This document shows, piece by piece, positions 11,767-22,831 of a DNA stretch of 64,000 nt. The notes beneath the pieces were generated by a model, which saw only the letters and a program-made list of their open reading frames with translations, had not been told where the DNA came from and did not search any database. A program made the position numbers and the translations under genes. The first letter of the stretch is position 1, and every line of letters starts with the position of its first letter. Source of the stretch: Guillardia theta CCMP2712 (taxonomy: Eukaryota; Protista; Cryptophyta); NCBI RefSeq assembly GCF_000315625.1, contig NW_005434610.1, forward strand, positions 297,698 to 361,697, in the 5' to 3' direction.

Positions 11767-14580
11767 TCATTCTGGGGCACGAGTAGATGCAGCGGATAGC
11801 GCCTTGACATGTGCAGCAACGCTGGGAGAGGGATTATCATGCAGCCTCCTCCTCGCTCTCGTTCACACACCTGGTGGCCAGGGCCCCTGGCAGAGGGCTA
11901 ACTGCAGATGCCATCACAGCGGAAGCTCGCCTCCGACTGTTACGTGGTGGGAGGGGAGCGGGCCTCTCCTGTAAACGAGTTCACAGGATGGAGCAGGAGA
12001 GCACTGGGACGGTATCACCACGTGGTAACCTCCTTCAAGAACCGAGACAAGCCGCCCGCTAGCACATCGCGCTGCCACTTTGCAGAGCTCTTCAGTGATC
12101 CAGGTGTAGTCTGCACGACGAGGACCCGTCAGACACCTCTGGCATGATTCAGTCTCTGCATAATGGTGCTCACCTTCTTCAGTCAGATGGGACATCCCAG
12201 AGTTTCCCTGTGCAAGGGTAAGCGTGCTCACCTTCTTCAGTCAGATGGGACATCCCAGAGTTTCCCTGTGCAAGGGTAAGCGTGTCAAGTCCCGTCAGGA
12301 GATCAGGAGAGGGATGCCTTGACGTCCTCCCAGTGACCATCGAAACCGGCCGAGACCATGACCAACTCCGGCGCGAACTGAGATAAAAGTTTCACAGCCG
12401 ACAAGGCAGCGGAGGGGGGGGGCACCTGGACTAGCTGGGGGATCAGCTTCTCTGTGATGAGGGTGCGGAACTGGTGAGAGCTCTCCTCCTGCTGAGCTTT
12501 AGGGCCCTCGAAGCCGCAGGGTCAGCAGACCTTGCTCGAGGTCTTCTTGAGCGGAATGTTGACGATGTTGGGATAGCTATCGTCCTGTATGCAAACTCGT
12601 CACGCTGCTTGTATCCTTCCTCGCTGAGATTTTCACCTGACAGCCTCCGCTAGTATACAGCTCAAAGCTCGGGTTCGAGCCCATGAAGTAGTCATGGCTA
12701 GCAGAAGATTAAAGTCAGCACACTCCACACGATTCCTAGTCGTGTACTCACCTTGCCATACGAGGATAAAAATTTTCCGCGCAGAGATGTATGGAACAGA
12801 AGAACTGAGGGTCATTCAGTTGTCAGTAGTCAAACGTGAAGCAAGGAGCAATCATCGGATGCTTACCACGTTATCTGAGTCGCTATCGTCCAGCCATGGC
12901 TGAATACAAAGGTTAGGGAAGATGCTGCAAGCAGAAAGCAGTTGTGACGTCACCTTGTAGGATGGAAGGTCAATCTTCGACATAGGTCCGATCCTCTGGG
13001 CTGAAAGCAGGCGCAGGGATCACCAGGCAAGCGATCAAGGCAGAGAGACGATACAAAGGACTTGTGGCTTCAGCGATCTGATGATGGCGGCTGTGCCATC
13101 TCCGTTATGAATGTCAAAGTCGATGATCGCGATCTTCTTGATCTGATCCCTGTGTATTCCTCTCACTTCGACCCCTCCAAGATACTGTTGCAGCCCCACC
13201 TGTAGTTGTATTTGGCGTACGCTGCACCGATTGCGATTGAGTTCATAAGGCAGAAGCCCTGAGAAAGAGAAGGTCTGCCGTCCGGCGTGTATACCAGACC
13301 GCGTGGACCCGCGTGATGCCCAGGGGGTCGTGCTGCTCGTGGCAGGAAAGGGCCCAACCATAGTGTAAAGGAAGAGGAGGAGGAGGAGAGGTGGGTGGCG
13401 GGGGGGGAAGAGGAAGAAGAGGAGGAGAGGAGGAGAGGAGGAGGGGTGGAAGGGAGGAGGAGGAGGAGGAGGAGTGAGAAGGTCTCAACATGAAACAGGA
13501 ATCATTCACCTGCAACGAATGCATTCTTGCAATGTCCCTGCATCACCCTGTCGATGGCCTTGCAAACAGCCCCGGCTGAACATCGCATCACAAGGAGTGT
13601 ATACGACTACACGTGAGTCATACACACCTGCCATGGCTGCAACCTGATACGACTGCTGAGAGAAGGAGGTGTCCGAAGGATGTCCCGGGGGCTCAAGGGT
13701 CCTGCTGAGAAGGTCTCGGTCCTTGTGGGCGTTCGCTTCGCCTTTCAAAGCGCAAAGTTTGCGGAGTTGGCAGATGTATTCCCATTCATGTACTCGCAGA
13801 ATGTCGGAGATGGAAGCTTCCTGTACGTGCTCCTCAAAGTGAATCTCGTCCGCGTCTTCACTGCCAGTCCGAAGAACTCCCTTCTGTCCCATGAGACTCT
13901 CCACCCGCTCGGGACACTCTTGGCACCCCTTAGCAGTTTGATGCTTGTAGAAAACTTGATCGAAAACAATCAGAGTGGCTTTTCCACCAGAATCATTGAC
14001 ATTCTGCTCAGTCTTGACCTTGATGTCATCATCAACCTTAAGCCTCTGATGGCTCGACTCTTCCTCACACAGTTGTGCTGTTGCCTGCTCAGTTGGTCTG
14101 CACAACGATCCTTGATGAAAATCGTTGTCGAGCTCTTTGCTGATGCACAATGTGTTTTCTTCACTAATTGCATTGAGAAATTGTTTTGTGACATCTCTTC
14201 CTCTGTAGAAATCTTCGTCCTCTCGTGCCAACTGACCTTGATGGTTGACTTCAATTTCATCTTGCACGTTTGTCGCGGGAACAATTGCCGGCTCGTCGGG
14301 AGGAAACAAACAGTTGACATTAATCTTGTTCTGACTATCTTGAACAGGACTTTGATAGTTCTCATCCAAGAATACAAGGCTGTCAGAGCTCACATCTTGC
14401 GGGGACTTAGAGTTGGCGAGCTTTGGTATGACTATCCCATTCATCACTCTGAGGGGTTCTCTTTCATCTGACGACCCTGTACATGTTCATCATAAAAGAA
14501 ATCATGGTAGTTTGATGAGTCAATGATGCGACGCACCTTTCTCATGCTTCGTCCCCTCATCGTCGTTCTCGACTCGCATG
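11767..14580 (-). CDS. Class II (HDA1-like) histone deacetylase with acidic N-terminal extension, multi-exon (start uncertain)
   Basis: Motifs: HQTAKGCQECPERV, ILRVHEWEYI, RPPGHHAG, GFCLMNSIAIGAAY, IAIIDFDIHNGDGT, NIVNIPL, PELVMVSAGFDGH, GRLVSVLEGGY. The last exon is SVAAHVKALSAASTRAPE* (stop at 11767-11769). Confidence 0.9.
12166..12284. repeat. Perfect 58-bp tandem duplication covering an HDAC exon end and its splice donor
   Basis: gtgctcaccttcttcagtcagatgggacatcccagagtttccctgtgcaagggtaagc occurs at 12166-12223 and again at 12224-12281. Confidence 0.95.
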
Positions 14581-14821
14581 CTTCCAAAGAACTCACTGAT
14601 CGAATCTATGCTCCAACCTTTCGGCATTCTGTTGAGAGCGATCAAGCTAGAGAGATATCAGATTGTCCTGTCAAACAAATCTCGTTAGAAGTCACTTCCA
14701 CTCCTCCCCTTCACCTCCTACACCCTCCTTGAACGCACCTCGCACCCGCGGCACCGTTCCCTTGCGCTGTGCGAGGAAAGGCGTGTAGGAATCAAATTCA
14801 AAACGGTTCACAGCTTTTACT

Positions 14822-14900
14822 GAATTGCTCGGGCCCGGCGCACCGAATTGCTCGGGCCCGGCGCCGCACCGGCCCGGCGGGCCCCGGCGCCGCGGGCCTC
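14822..14900. repeat. GC-rich intergenic island with a 20-bp direct repeat and several GGGCCC/GGCGCC palindromes
   Basis: gaattgctcgggcccggcgc occurs at 14822-14841 and 14845-14864. A similar GC island lies at about 48093-48130. Confidence 0.6.
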
Positions 14901-15220
14901 GGACGGTGACGAGAGTTTCACTCAGGCCAACTTCCAGACTCAGACCAGCGACGGTTTCCTCCATCTGGGACAGGCCAACTCTTTCAGTGAAATAGTAGAA
15001 TTTGAAGTTGAAACAGAAGTGTATGAGGGGAAAGAGTCACATCAAGATTTTCTCAGGTCCTCATTAGACTTCGAGCAGTCCAAACCACAAATAAGTTCCG
15101 AGGCAGTAGAAGTTCACGATCGGACTATCGCATGTTAGCTTGCCTTTATCAAGTAGAATTGACGGTTTCAATAAACTCTCAGTAAACTTGAAGCACCCTA
15201 AAGATCCCGCTTCAACTGGG

Positions 15221-18200
15221 TTAGATCAGCGATGTACTTTCTGACATGGGACCCCCTATCTCTCCCAAGTACTTCAGCGCCTCTACATGCTCCCCTTGGC
15301 TCGCCAAGAGCGCGCATGTCCTCCCGTCCTTGTCCGTCCGAGCAAATAGCTCCGAGCCCCCTACCTCCCTCAGATATCGAAGAGCCTCGACATGCCCTCC
15401 TTGGCTCGCCTCATGTGCGCATGTCGTCCCGTTGTTGTCCGACTTCGTCAGCAGCTCCCGGCCCCCTACCTCCTTCAAGTACCTCAGCACCTCTACATGC
15501 CCTCCCGCACTCGCCCAGTGCGCGCATGTTCTACCCTCGTTATCCGTTTGAGCAAGCAGCTCCGGGCCCCCTACCTCTCCCAAGTACCGTAGAGCCTCTA
15601 CATGCCCTGCCATGGTGATAAAGTGCGCGCATGTCCTCCCGTCCTTGTCCGTCTGCGCCAGCAGCTCCCGGCCCCCTACCTCCCCCAAGTAACGTAGAGC
15701 CGCTACATCCCACACTCCGCTCGCCATGTGCGCGCATGTCGTCCCGTCCTTGTCCGTCTGCGCCAGCAGCTCCCTGCCCCCTGCCTCCCCCAAGTACCGT
15801 AGAGCCGCTACATGCCCTCCCACGCTCGCCATGTGCGCGCATGTCGTCCCGTCCTTGTCTGTCTGCGCCAGCAGCTCCCGGCCCCCTACCTCCCCCAAGT
15901 ACCGTAGAGCCTCTACATGCCCTCCCACGCTCGCCCAGTGCGCGCATGTCGTCCCGTTGTTATCTGTCTGTATCAGAAGCTCCCGGCCCCCTGCCTCCTT
16001 CAGATACCGTAGAGCCTCTACATGCCCTCCTCCACTTGCCATGTGCGCGCATGTCATGCCGTTGTTGTCCGTTTGCGCAAGCAGCTCCGGGCCCCCTACC
16101 TCCCCCAAGTACCTCAGCGCCTCGACATGGCCCCCTTGGCTCGCCAAGAGCGAGCATGTCCAGCTGTCGTTGTCTGTTTGCGACAGTAGCTCCCGGCCCC
16201 CTACTTCCCCCAAGTACCTCAGCGCTTCTACATGCCCCCCTTGGCTTGCCGCATGCGCGCATGTCGTCCCGTTGCTGTCGGGCTGAGCCAGCAGCTCCGG
16301 CCCCCCTACCTCTTCCAAGTACCTCAGCGCCTCTACATCTCCTGCTGCGCTTGCCGCATGCGCGCAGGTCCTCCCGTCGTTGTCTGTCTGCGCCAGCAGC
16401 TCCCGGCCCCCTACCTCCCCCAAGTACCTCAGCGCTTCTACATGCCCTCCTTGGCTCGCCTCATGTGCGCATGTTCTCCCCTCGTTGTCGGGCTGCGCCA
16501 GCAGCTCCCTGCCCCCTGCCTCCCCTAGATACCGTAGAGCCTCTACATGCCCTCCCTCGCCCGCCGCATGCGCGCAGGTCCTCCCGTCGTTGTCTGTCTG
16601 TGCAAGCAGCTCCGGGCCCCCTACCTCCCCCAAGTACCTCAGCGCCTCTACATGCCCCCCTTGGCTTGCCTCGTGTGCACATGTTATGCCCTCGTTGTCA
16701 GGCTGCGCCAATAGCTCTGAGCCCCCTACCTCCCCCAAGTACCGTAGAGCCTCTACATGGCCCCCTTGGCTCGCCGAGTGCGCGCATGTCGTCCCGTTGT
16801 TGTCAGGCTGAGCGAGTAGCTCCGGGCCCCCTACCTCCTTCAGATACCTCAGCGCCTCTACATGCCCTCCTCCACTCGCCGAGTGCGCGCATGTCCTCCC
16901 GTTGTTGTCTGGTTGTGCAAGCAGCTCCCTCCCGCCTACCTCTCCCAGATACCGTAGCGCCGCGACATGCCCTCCTCTACTCGCCGCATGCGCGCTTGTG
17001 TTTCCATTACAGTTTCCGGCCGACAAATTGGCGTCAAGTCTGATCAGAACTTCCATGCAATGTATGTATCCTTGTCGAGCTGCCACGTGTAATGGCGTGT
17101 CTCCGTTGCTCAAGGTCTCCGTCACTTTCCCTCCTGCCCGGCAGATCATCGGGATCATGTCTGCCTGCCCTTTCCTCACGGCAGTGAAGATCGGAGACTC
17201 CACCTCCGAGTCTTGTTGACCTCGCCAGATCCCTTGCATCTTGCAGAACTGCTCCGCAAGCCTCCGCCCGTCTTGTTCACTTGGATCGCTCTGAGCTCTG
17301 CAATGCAAATCTGATATCTTCCTCATGTACAGATCTTTCATCTTCTCTGCTGCTAGAGCATCACACATGAAGTCTCCGGTACCATCAAGCCAGTAGTTTA
17401 TCTTGTTCATCGCCATCTCCTTCAGTCTTGTCGCTTCTCCCATGGCTTGTACGTAGTTGTCGTCGTCATTGTACCAAGCCTCGGCTCGCTCCTTGTATCC
17501 CCTTACGACTTCTTCACACTCTCGTTCGATAGACTCGTGCAGTCCATGATGACGATTCAACATTACATCTAATGGCGCGTTTGCCATCCTGTCTTTCACT
17601 CGCTGCGACTGCATCATATCCTCCAGGTCTCGCCCGATCTCTTCCTCCACGTTCTCCAGCAGCGCCATGAACAGCTGCTTCCGCTTCCCCAGAGTCTCCT
17701 CTATCGTCGAGCACGTCAAGTTCGCGTTGATCTTCAGCGGCACCACTTGCACCAGCATCCCGTCTATCTCTTCCACCCGCGGCTGCTTCATCACCTCCAG
17801 GTACGACAGCGGCGGATACAAGATCTCCTTCTCCTCGGGGTACTGCGACAGCAGCTCCACATCCGCTCCCCGGTCGATGGCCCCGCAGCTGATCTCGAAA
17901 AGCGTCGGCAGCGAGCCCTCCTTGGCGTACTGCAGCGCCACCTGCCTGTCTGTCGACGTGCTGAGCATCCCGTACTCCACCCCCCCTGACACCCCTCGCG
18001 CGTCCTCTTCCACGAACCTCGCCGGCATCCGCACGCCCTTGAGCCCCCGGTACACAACCCTCGACGAGGGCAGCCTCGTGGTCTTGGACAGCTTGATCAC
18101 CCCGCTCACAACGCAGTGGAGGGTCGTGACGTACTTGTTGACCTTGTGCGACTGCGGAAGTCGAAGAACCGCATTGTACTTGTAGTACATGGGGCCTGTC

Positions 18201-21200
18201 AATGTGTCTGTCAGCTCACGTCGCACGTTCAAAGCTCTAAAAGCGTCCCATGCTGTACCTGTGTAGAGCAGCAGCGCGACGACTTCCTCCTTCCTTAGCC
18301 CTGCTTCCTTGACTCGCTCCTCTGCCATCACGCACTCCACGTCGCGGATGCGTCTGTTTTCCTTCGAGAGCTGCTGCCGCATGCTCGGGTTTGTCACGGC
18401 CTCCCACTCACGTTTAGGGTTCGTGACCTCGTTGTGGTTGGGCGGAGTGAACGGCTCCTCCGAGTCCTTCCTATGGCAGTGCTCGTCCTCTAGCCCCTTC
18501 CATAGGTCTGTGCTGGGCAGCCCGATACGCTCGATGAGGCCCCCGTGAAACTCCTCCAGCCTCCCGAAGATAGCTTCCTCCCCTTCCTCCATTGAGAACT
18601 TCGCGTTCCCTCCCTCTGACCTCCTCCATGACCTGCTCGCCACTGCTACTCCTCCTCCTCTTGCTCCTCTCGCTCCTGTTGCTGTCGGTACCTGGACGCC
18701 TTCTAGCACGTCTGCTATGCGTCTACCGCACGCCTCTTTCGTCTCCCTCTCTAGCAGCCCTGACAAGGGAGAGCTCTGGCTGCCCCCACTGATCTGCTCT
18801 GCGATCCTCCGCAGCACTTTAGGACGAGCGAGCATGTCCTGCTTGCACGCGAGCTCCCACTCTCTCGCGATCTTTCTCTCGTACTCGTCGACACTACTGC
18901 ACGTCTCAGCAAGACGCATAAGGAGTTCGGCCGGCAGGTTAAGACCCCGGCAGAGCTCGCTCGCTTCCGCGTGACCTGCCGTCATGTCCGAGTCTTGGGA
19001 GTGATTGTGGTAGAAGACTTGAAGCGTGTCGCGCATGTCAGGAGGAAGCGTCCACCGACATAAGTCCAACGATGGCAAGTCCTCGCCTTCCTTCGCGTTG
19101 CCTGACTCCGGGATTGAAACTTTTTCAAGTTCATGCAGCAGCTGTAAATCGATCTCAACGTCTGTTTCAGCCTTTTCCGTTTGACTGCTCCCAGCTTCTT
19201 TCCCTTGTTTTCCTTCACTTTCAGTTCTCTCCTTCAGCTCGTCGATCTCATCCGACTGTTGTAGTGGTTGCTTTGCTTCTTGTCGCACCTCCCCTCCCTC
19301 GAGCCTTCCCACTACCATCCTCTTCTCGTGATGTAGCGTAGCTGCCTCTTCTTCCTCTGGCTTTCGCTTCTCCTGATTTTCTCTGTTGGCGGTCAGCAGG
19401 CTGTCTGGGGTAAGAGTCTCCTGCAGCGTTTTGTGATCATCCCCTTCATGTGCATGTCCATGCTCTATCTGATGCTCTATCGTTTCTTGTGCTGACGTCA
19501 TCATTTCTTCTTCACTGGCCTTCTTGTGCCGACGCTTCCTCCTTTCATCTAGAATATCCAATCCCACCTGCCCTGATAGGTCACACACTCATAGCTCACA
19601 GCAACACAATACATCCAGCCCTAGACTAGAAGAAGCCGAAGCTACAGACGAGTCACCGGTCGTCAGTCTTCTTCGCTTCTTGCTCTCACCTGCGCATGGC
19701 TTAAAGGATAGTCTGTTTCTCTAGTGTACCTCTACCTTCCTGCAAAAACGCCTCGAAGCTTCGAAAACCTCCAGGTCTCTCATACTCCTGCACCCGTCGG
19801 AAGCCGTTTCTCAGCTCTTCGCTCCAGTGCTCCTCGCACTCCATCCAGTCTGTCCTGTACCCGTCGCTCCTCACGACCCAGCCAGTGCTGCTGATCCATG
19901 TCCTCCAGCCCTCAAGCTCGTGTCTGTGTTTCCCTTGCTTGCTGTGATAGTACTCGAGTAGACAACAGTGCAAGAATACGCTGCTCAGCTTGGTCATCTT
20001 CAGCATCATGACATAGCTTCCGACCTCCACGGCTTTTTCCAGCACATAGAAGTAGAACGAAGGATACTGACCCTCTCCAGGCATTATCTCTTCTCGAAGA
20101 TGCTCCTCTATTTTATCCATCGCATCCTCCCATGATACCATCGAGTCAAAGCATCTATCGACCACCTTGCTCCAGATCTCCAATGCTTCATCTAGCTCAT
20201 CTGGGTCCGTTATCACTTTGCGTATTTCCTTGCTAATCGTGTATTCCAGAATTGCAATGAGCAGTTTGTCGTCAGATATGCTGCGACCTGTCTGATTTGC
20301 CTTCCATGCATCGAAGGACGGCGACGAGATCTTGTTTCGACCAATGTACTCCAGCACAAGCTCAACAAGCTCGGGCCCTACTAGGTTTTTGTTCACCTTT
20401 GTCAGAAAATTCCCCAGCAGCCTCCGGGTAGAGAACCTCGTGTCTTCATATCGCAGGAAGTACATCAGAACGATTGAGCACACCCTCCACCGCGGACTAT
20501 CCGCTCGCTGCTCTCTAAGGAAATACTTCACCGCCTTGATGGTCCTTTCTCTGAAAGACTTGGCGTCTTCAGGGCTGTAAGCCAACACATAAGTATCCGC
20601 CTTTGACGTGTCTGTATGGGTAGGAGTGCTTGATGCCAAGTCCTTCGCAGCTTGAAGCAGCCCAGCTGTACTGCTCTTGATGTCTCTCAAGGGCTCGCCA
20701 TCTCTCACCAGGTAGAAACCATCCGGGATGGCTTGGATTTGCATAAAAACACAAGGTTGTTTCCCTTCACAACTTCTTGCACAAGATAGCAAAACATTGT
20801 CAAGAGGCCTATTGCAAGCAAACATCCCCAAGTCAGGATCGAGGAGCGACTGAAACAAGATTGAGTCATCGCTTGCTGTCTTGCCCTTGCCGCATGTCAG
20901 CAAGAGAGTCCAATGCTCAGGAAGCGCTTTCACTTCCGGATCCTGCGGCACACCCTCTTTCACTCCCTCGATCTTGTCTCGACACGCGTCAATCACAACG
21001 AGCACCCTCGGATGAAACGTAGATATATCTCGTTCAAAGTCCCTGAAGACCTTGAAAACCTCCTTCAAGGACAGCATCTCATCATGTATCTGGCGATAAG
21101 ATAACCCTCTCACTTCCTCAACCTCCGTTGGTACCAACATCTGGTCATGGCTCACCGGCTCATAGAGCCCATGTCCCGCATAGAAGAAGATCAACAGCTC

Positions 21201-21464
21201 CGGACACGCTTGCTCGAGCTGTTTGAGACTCCTCCTCAAGTACTTCTTCATGTCAGACGGATTCCTGGGGTTTGAGCTCAACACAGAGTGTGACTGCGGG
21301 AGTGAGCAGAGCTTGTCATGCAGCTCCTTCGCATCCTGCACGGCCTTCGCAAGCGGCTTGAGCTCACCCTGGTAGTCGTTGAGCCCCATGCACAGCCCGT
21401 ACACCCGAGGATGCTCCAGGAAGATCAAGTCTGCCTCGAATCTCCGCTCCGTCCGACTATCCAC
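15221..21464 (-). CDS. Multidomain protein: caspase-family peptidase C14 domain + R-S-E mono-ADP-ribosyltransferase + ankyrin repeat array
   Basis: ORF 19701-21464 has GLCMGLNDY...L..AVQDA...FFYAGHG (His 21171-21173)...VIDACRD (Cys 20982-20984). ORF 15221-19588 has LYTG/PMY..YN.VLR, YRG (18044-18052), STS (17954-17962), SQYPEEKEIL (E-K-E at 17825-17833), then about 19 ankyrin repeats. GT-AG introns 19735-19690 (46 nt) and 19612-19568 (45 nt) join the two ORFs in frame. A 63-nt intron at 18258-18196 restores LYTGPMY. Confidence 0.8.
15250..17000 (-). repeat. Coding tandem repeat, 17 units of 105 nt (35-aa ankyrin repeats)
   Basis: Consensus TCAHxASxGGHVEALRYLGEVGGxELLAQxDxxGx, with high nucleotide identity between units. 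Confidence 0.95.
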
Positions 21465-21566
21465 GAAGCTCTGGGAGCGATACCTCGACTGACCTGACAG
21501 AGCGCTAGCAACATCTCAAGTCACTTCCATGCTCTCCTCTCAAACCCTCTTCATCAGTCTATGCCT

Positions 21567-22166
21567 CTACCTGTTTCGCTTGGAGAAGCTTTCGTCGGCT
21601 CTCCCTCCCTCAAGAGCAAGCTCCATGACGCACTTGACTTGCTCCCGTGCGTGCTCGTCTTCATCGCCTCCTCCCTCACCAAACAAGACGGCATCATCGG
21701 ACTTTCGTATCTCTTGTCTCATGTTGCTGTGAGGGCTTGTCATTCGTCTCCTCTCCACCGCTTTCATCCTAGCACAAGTCAAGCTCCGGCCTTTCGCCCG
21801 GCCTGAGGCAGCCTCGTCCTCGCTACGATCTCCCCACCTCTCTGAGGTCATGACGTGTAGGCAGAGCTCGTCTTCCGGCCGCTCCTCCTCTCTGAAGCAG
21901 AAGAGCCGCTGCAGGAATGAGTCTTGGCCCTCCAGGTCGATGATGCTGATGAGGCGGATGCTCTTTCGTTCCATGCCCGTAGAGAGCTTGTCTAGTAAGC
22001 GCTCGCTCGGAGAGACGGAACTGCTGCTCCATGCTTGGATGTCTGAGAAGTTGTTGACAAGAGAATCAAACCTCTTCTGCACGTACTCCTGCATTCGACT
22101 TTTCTTTCTTCCCCTCTGTACAGTTGTTATCCTACTTTCCTTCTTCTTCTTCTGCCTTCTTCCCAC
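21567..22166 (-). CDS. Hypothetical exon(s), probably the 5' part of the caspase-ART-ankyrin gene
   Basis: Same strand and about 100 bp upstream, with a GTAGAG donor near 21570 and a TGTCAG acceptor near 21494. I could not resolve the exon phase. Confidence 0.4.
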   Translation of the reverse strand: MGRRQKKKKESRITTVQRGRKKSRMQEYVQKRFDSLVNNFSDIQAWSSSSVSPSERLLDKLSTGMERKSIRLISIIDLEGQDSFLQRLFCFREEERPEDELCLHVMTSERWGDRSEDEAASGRAKGRSLTCARMKAVERRRMTSPHSNMRQEIRKSDDAVLFGEGGGDEDEHAREQVKCVMELALEGGRADESFSKRNR

Positions 22167-22469
22167 CTGAGAGGGGAGAGAGGAGCATCCTCCCTATCAT
22201 CCTTCACCTGTTGCTTTCCTCTCCTCTCTCTCCGCTCTCTCGCCTCCCTCCTCTCCCTATCCTCTCGCCTCCCCTCCCCTCCCCTCTCCTTCGCTCCCAG
22301 CTACTCTGCGCTTTGCTGTCCTGCAGGCACTAGCCAGGCCATCCTGGTGTCCAAGTTGCTGTCTTCAGATATTTATTATTCATTTCCCGAGGCGAGCTCA
22401 GTACACTATCACTCGAGTGTACTGACCGGCCATGATAACTGATTTCTTGCTACTACTTCATTCATTCAT

Positions 22470-22495
22470 TGATCTTTAACTTAACTTTGAGTAAA
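22470..22495 (+). repeat. Dispersed intergenic motif, copy 1 (TGATCTTTAACTTAACTTTGAGTAAA)
   Basis: Matches the copies at 24965, 58429 and 62774. Confidence 0.85.
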
Positions 22496-22831
22496 AGATT
22501 ATGGTGTAAGGTATCCGTGCGAATTTGACCTTGCAACTACAACTTGACTGACAGCGGCAGAGCTTGAACGCAGCAGATGATTGCAAGTTTGAACTCTGAC
22601 TATTACCGATGTCACTGACTTGCAGCAGCATAAAGTTTTCCAGTGTTGATGAGCAGGTGCGTTTCGTGATGGTTGTAGTGTACGACATCGTTCAGCAACT
22701 GCATTATACATAGCACATACCATAAAATGATAAGGATAAGTTTCAAGGTTCTGTCGTAGGATGTTTTCAACAAGTTTGACGCCTCAAAAACACAAACATC
22801 TTCACCCTTTGAAAGGAGAGTTGCTGGTTCC

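Noticed and set aside
15232-17219. Long plus-strand Pro/Ser-rich ORFs (e.g. 15631-17043)
   Set aside because: Antisense shadows of the GC-rich ankyrin repeats.
18196-18258. Apparent 21-aa insertion in the ART domain
   Set aside because: An in-frame 63-nt GT-AG intron; removing it restores LYTGPMY.
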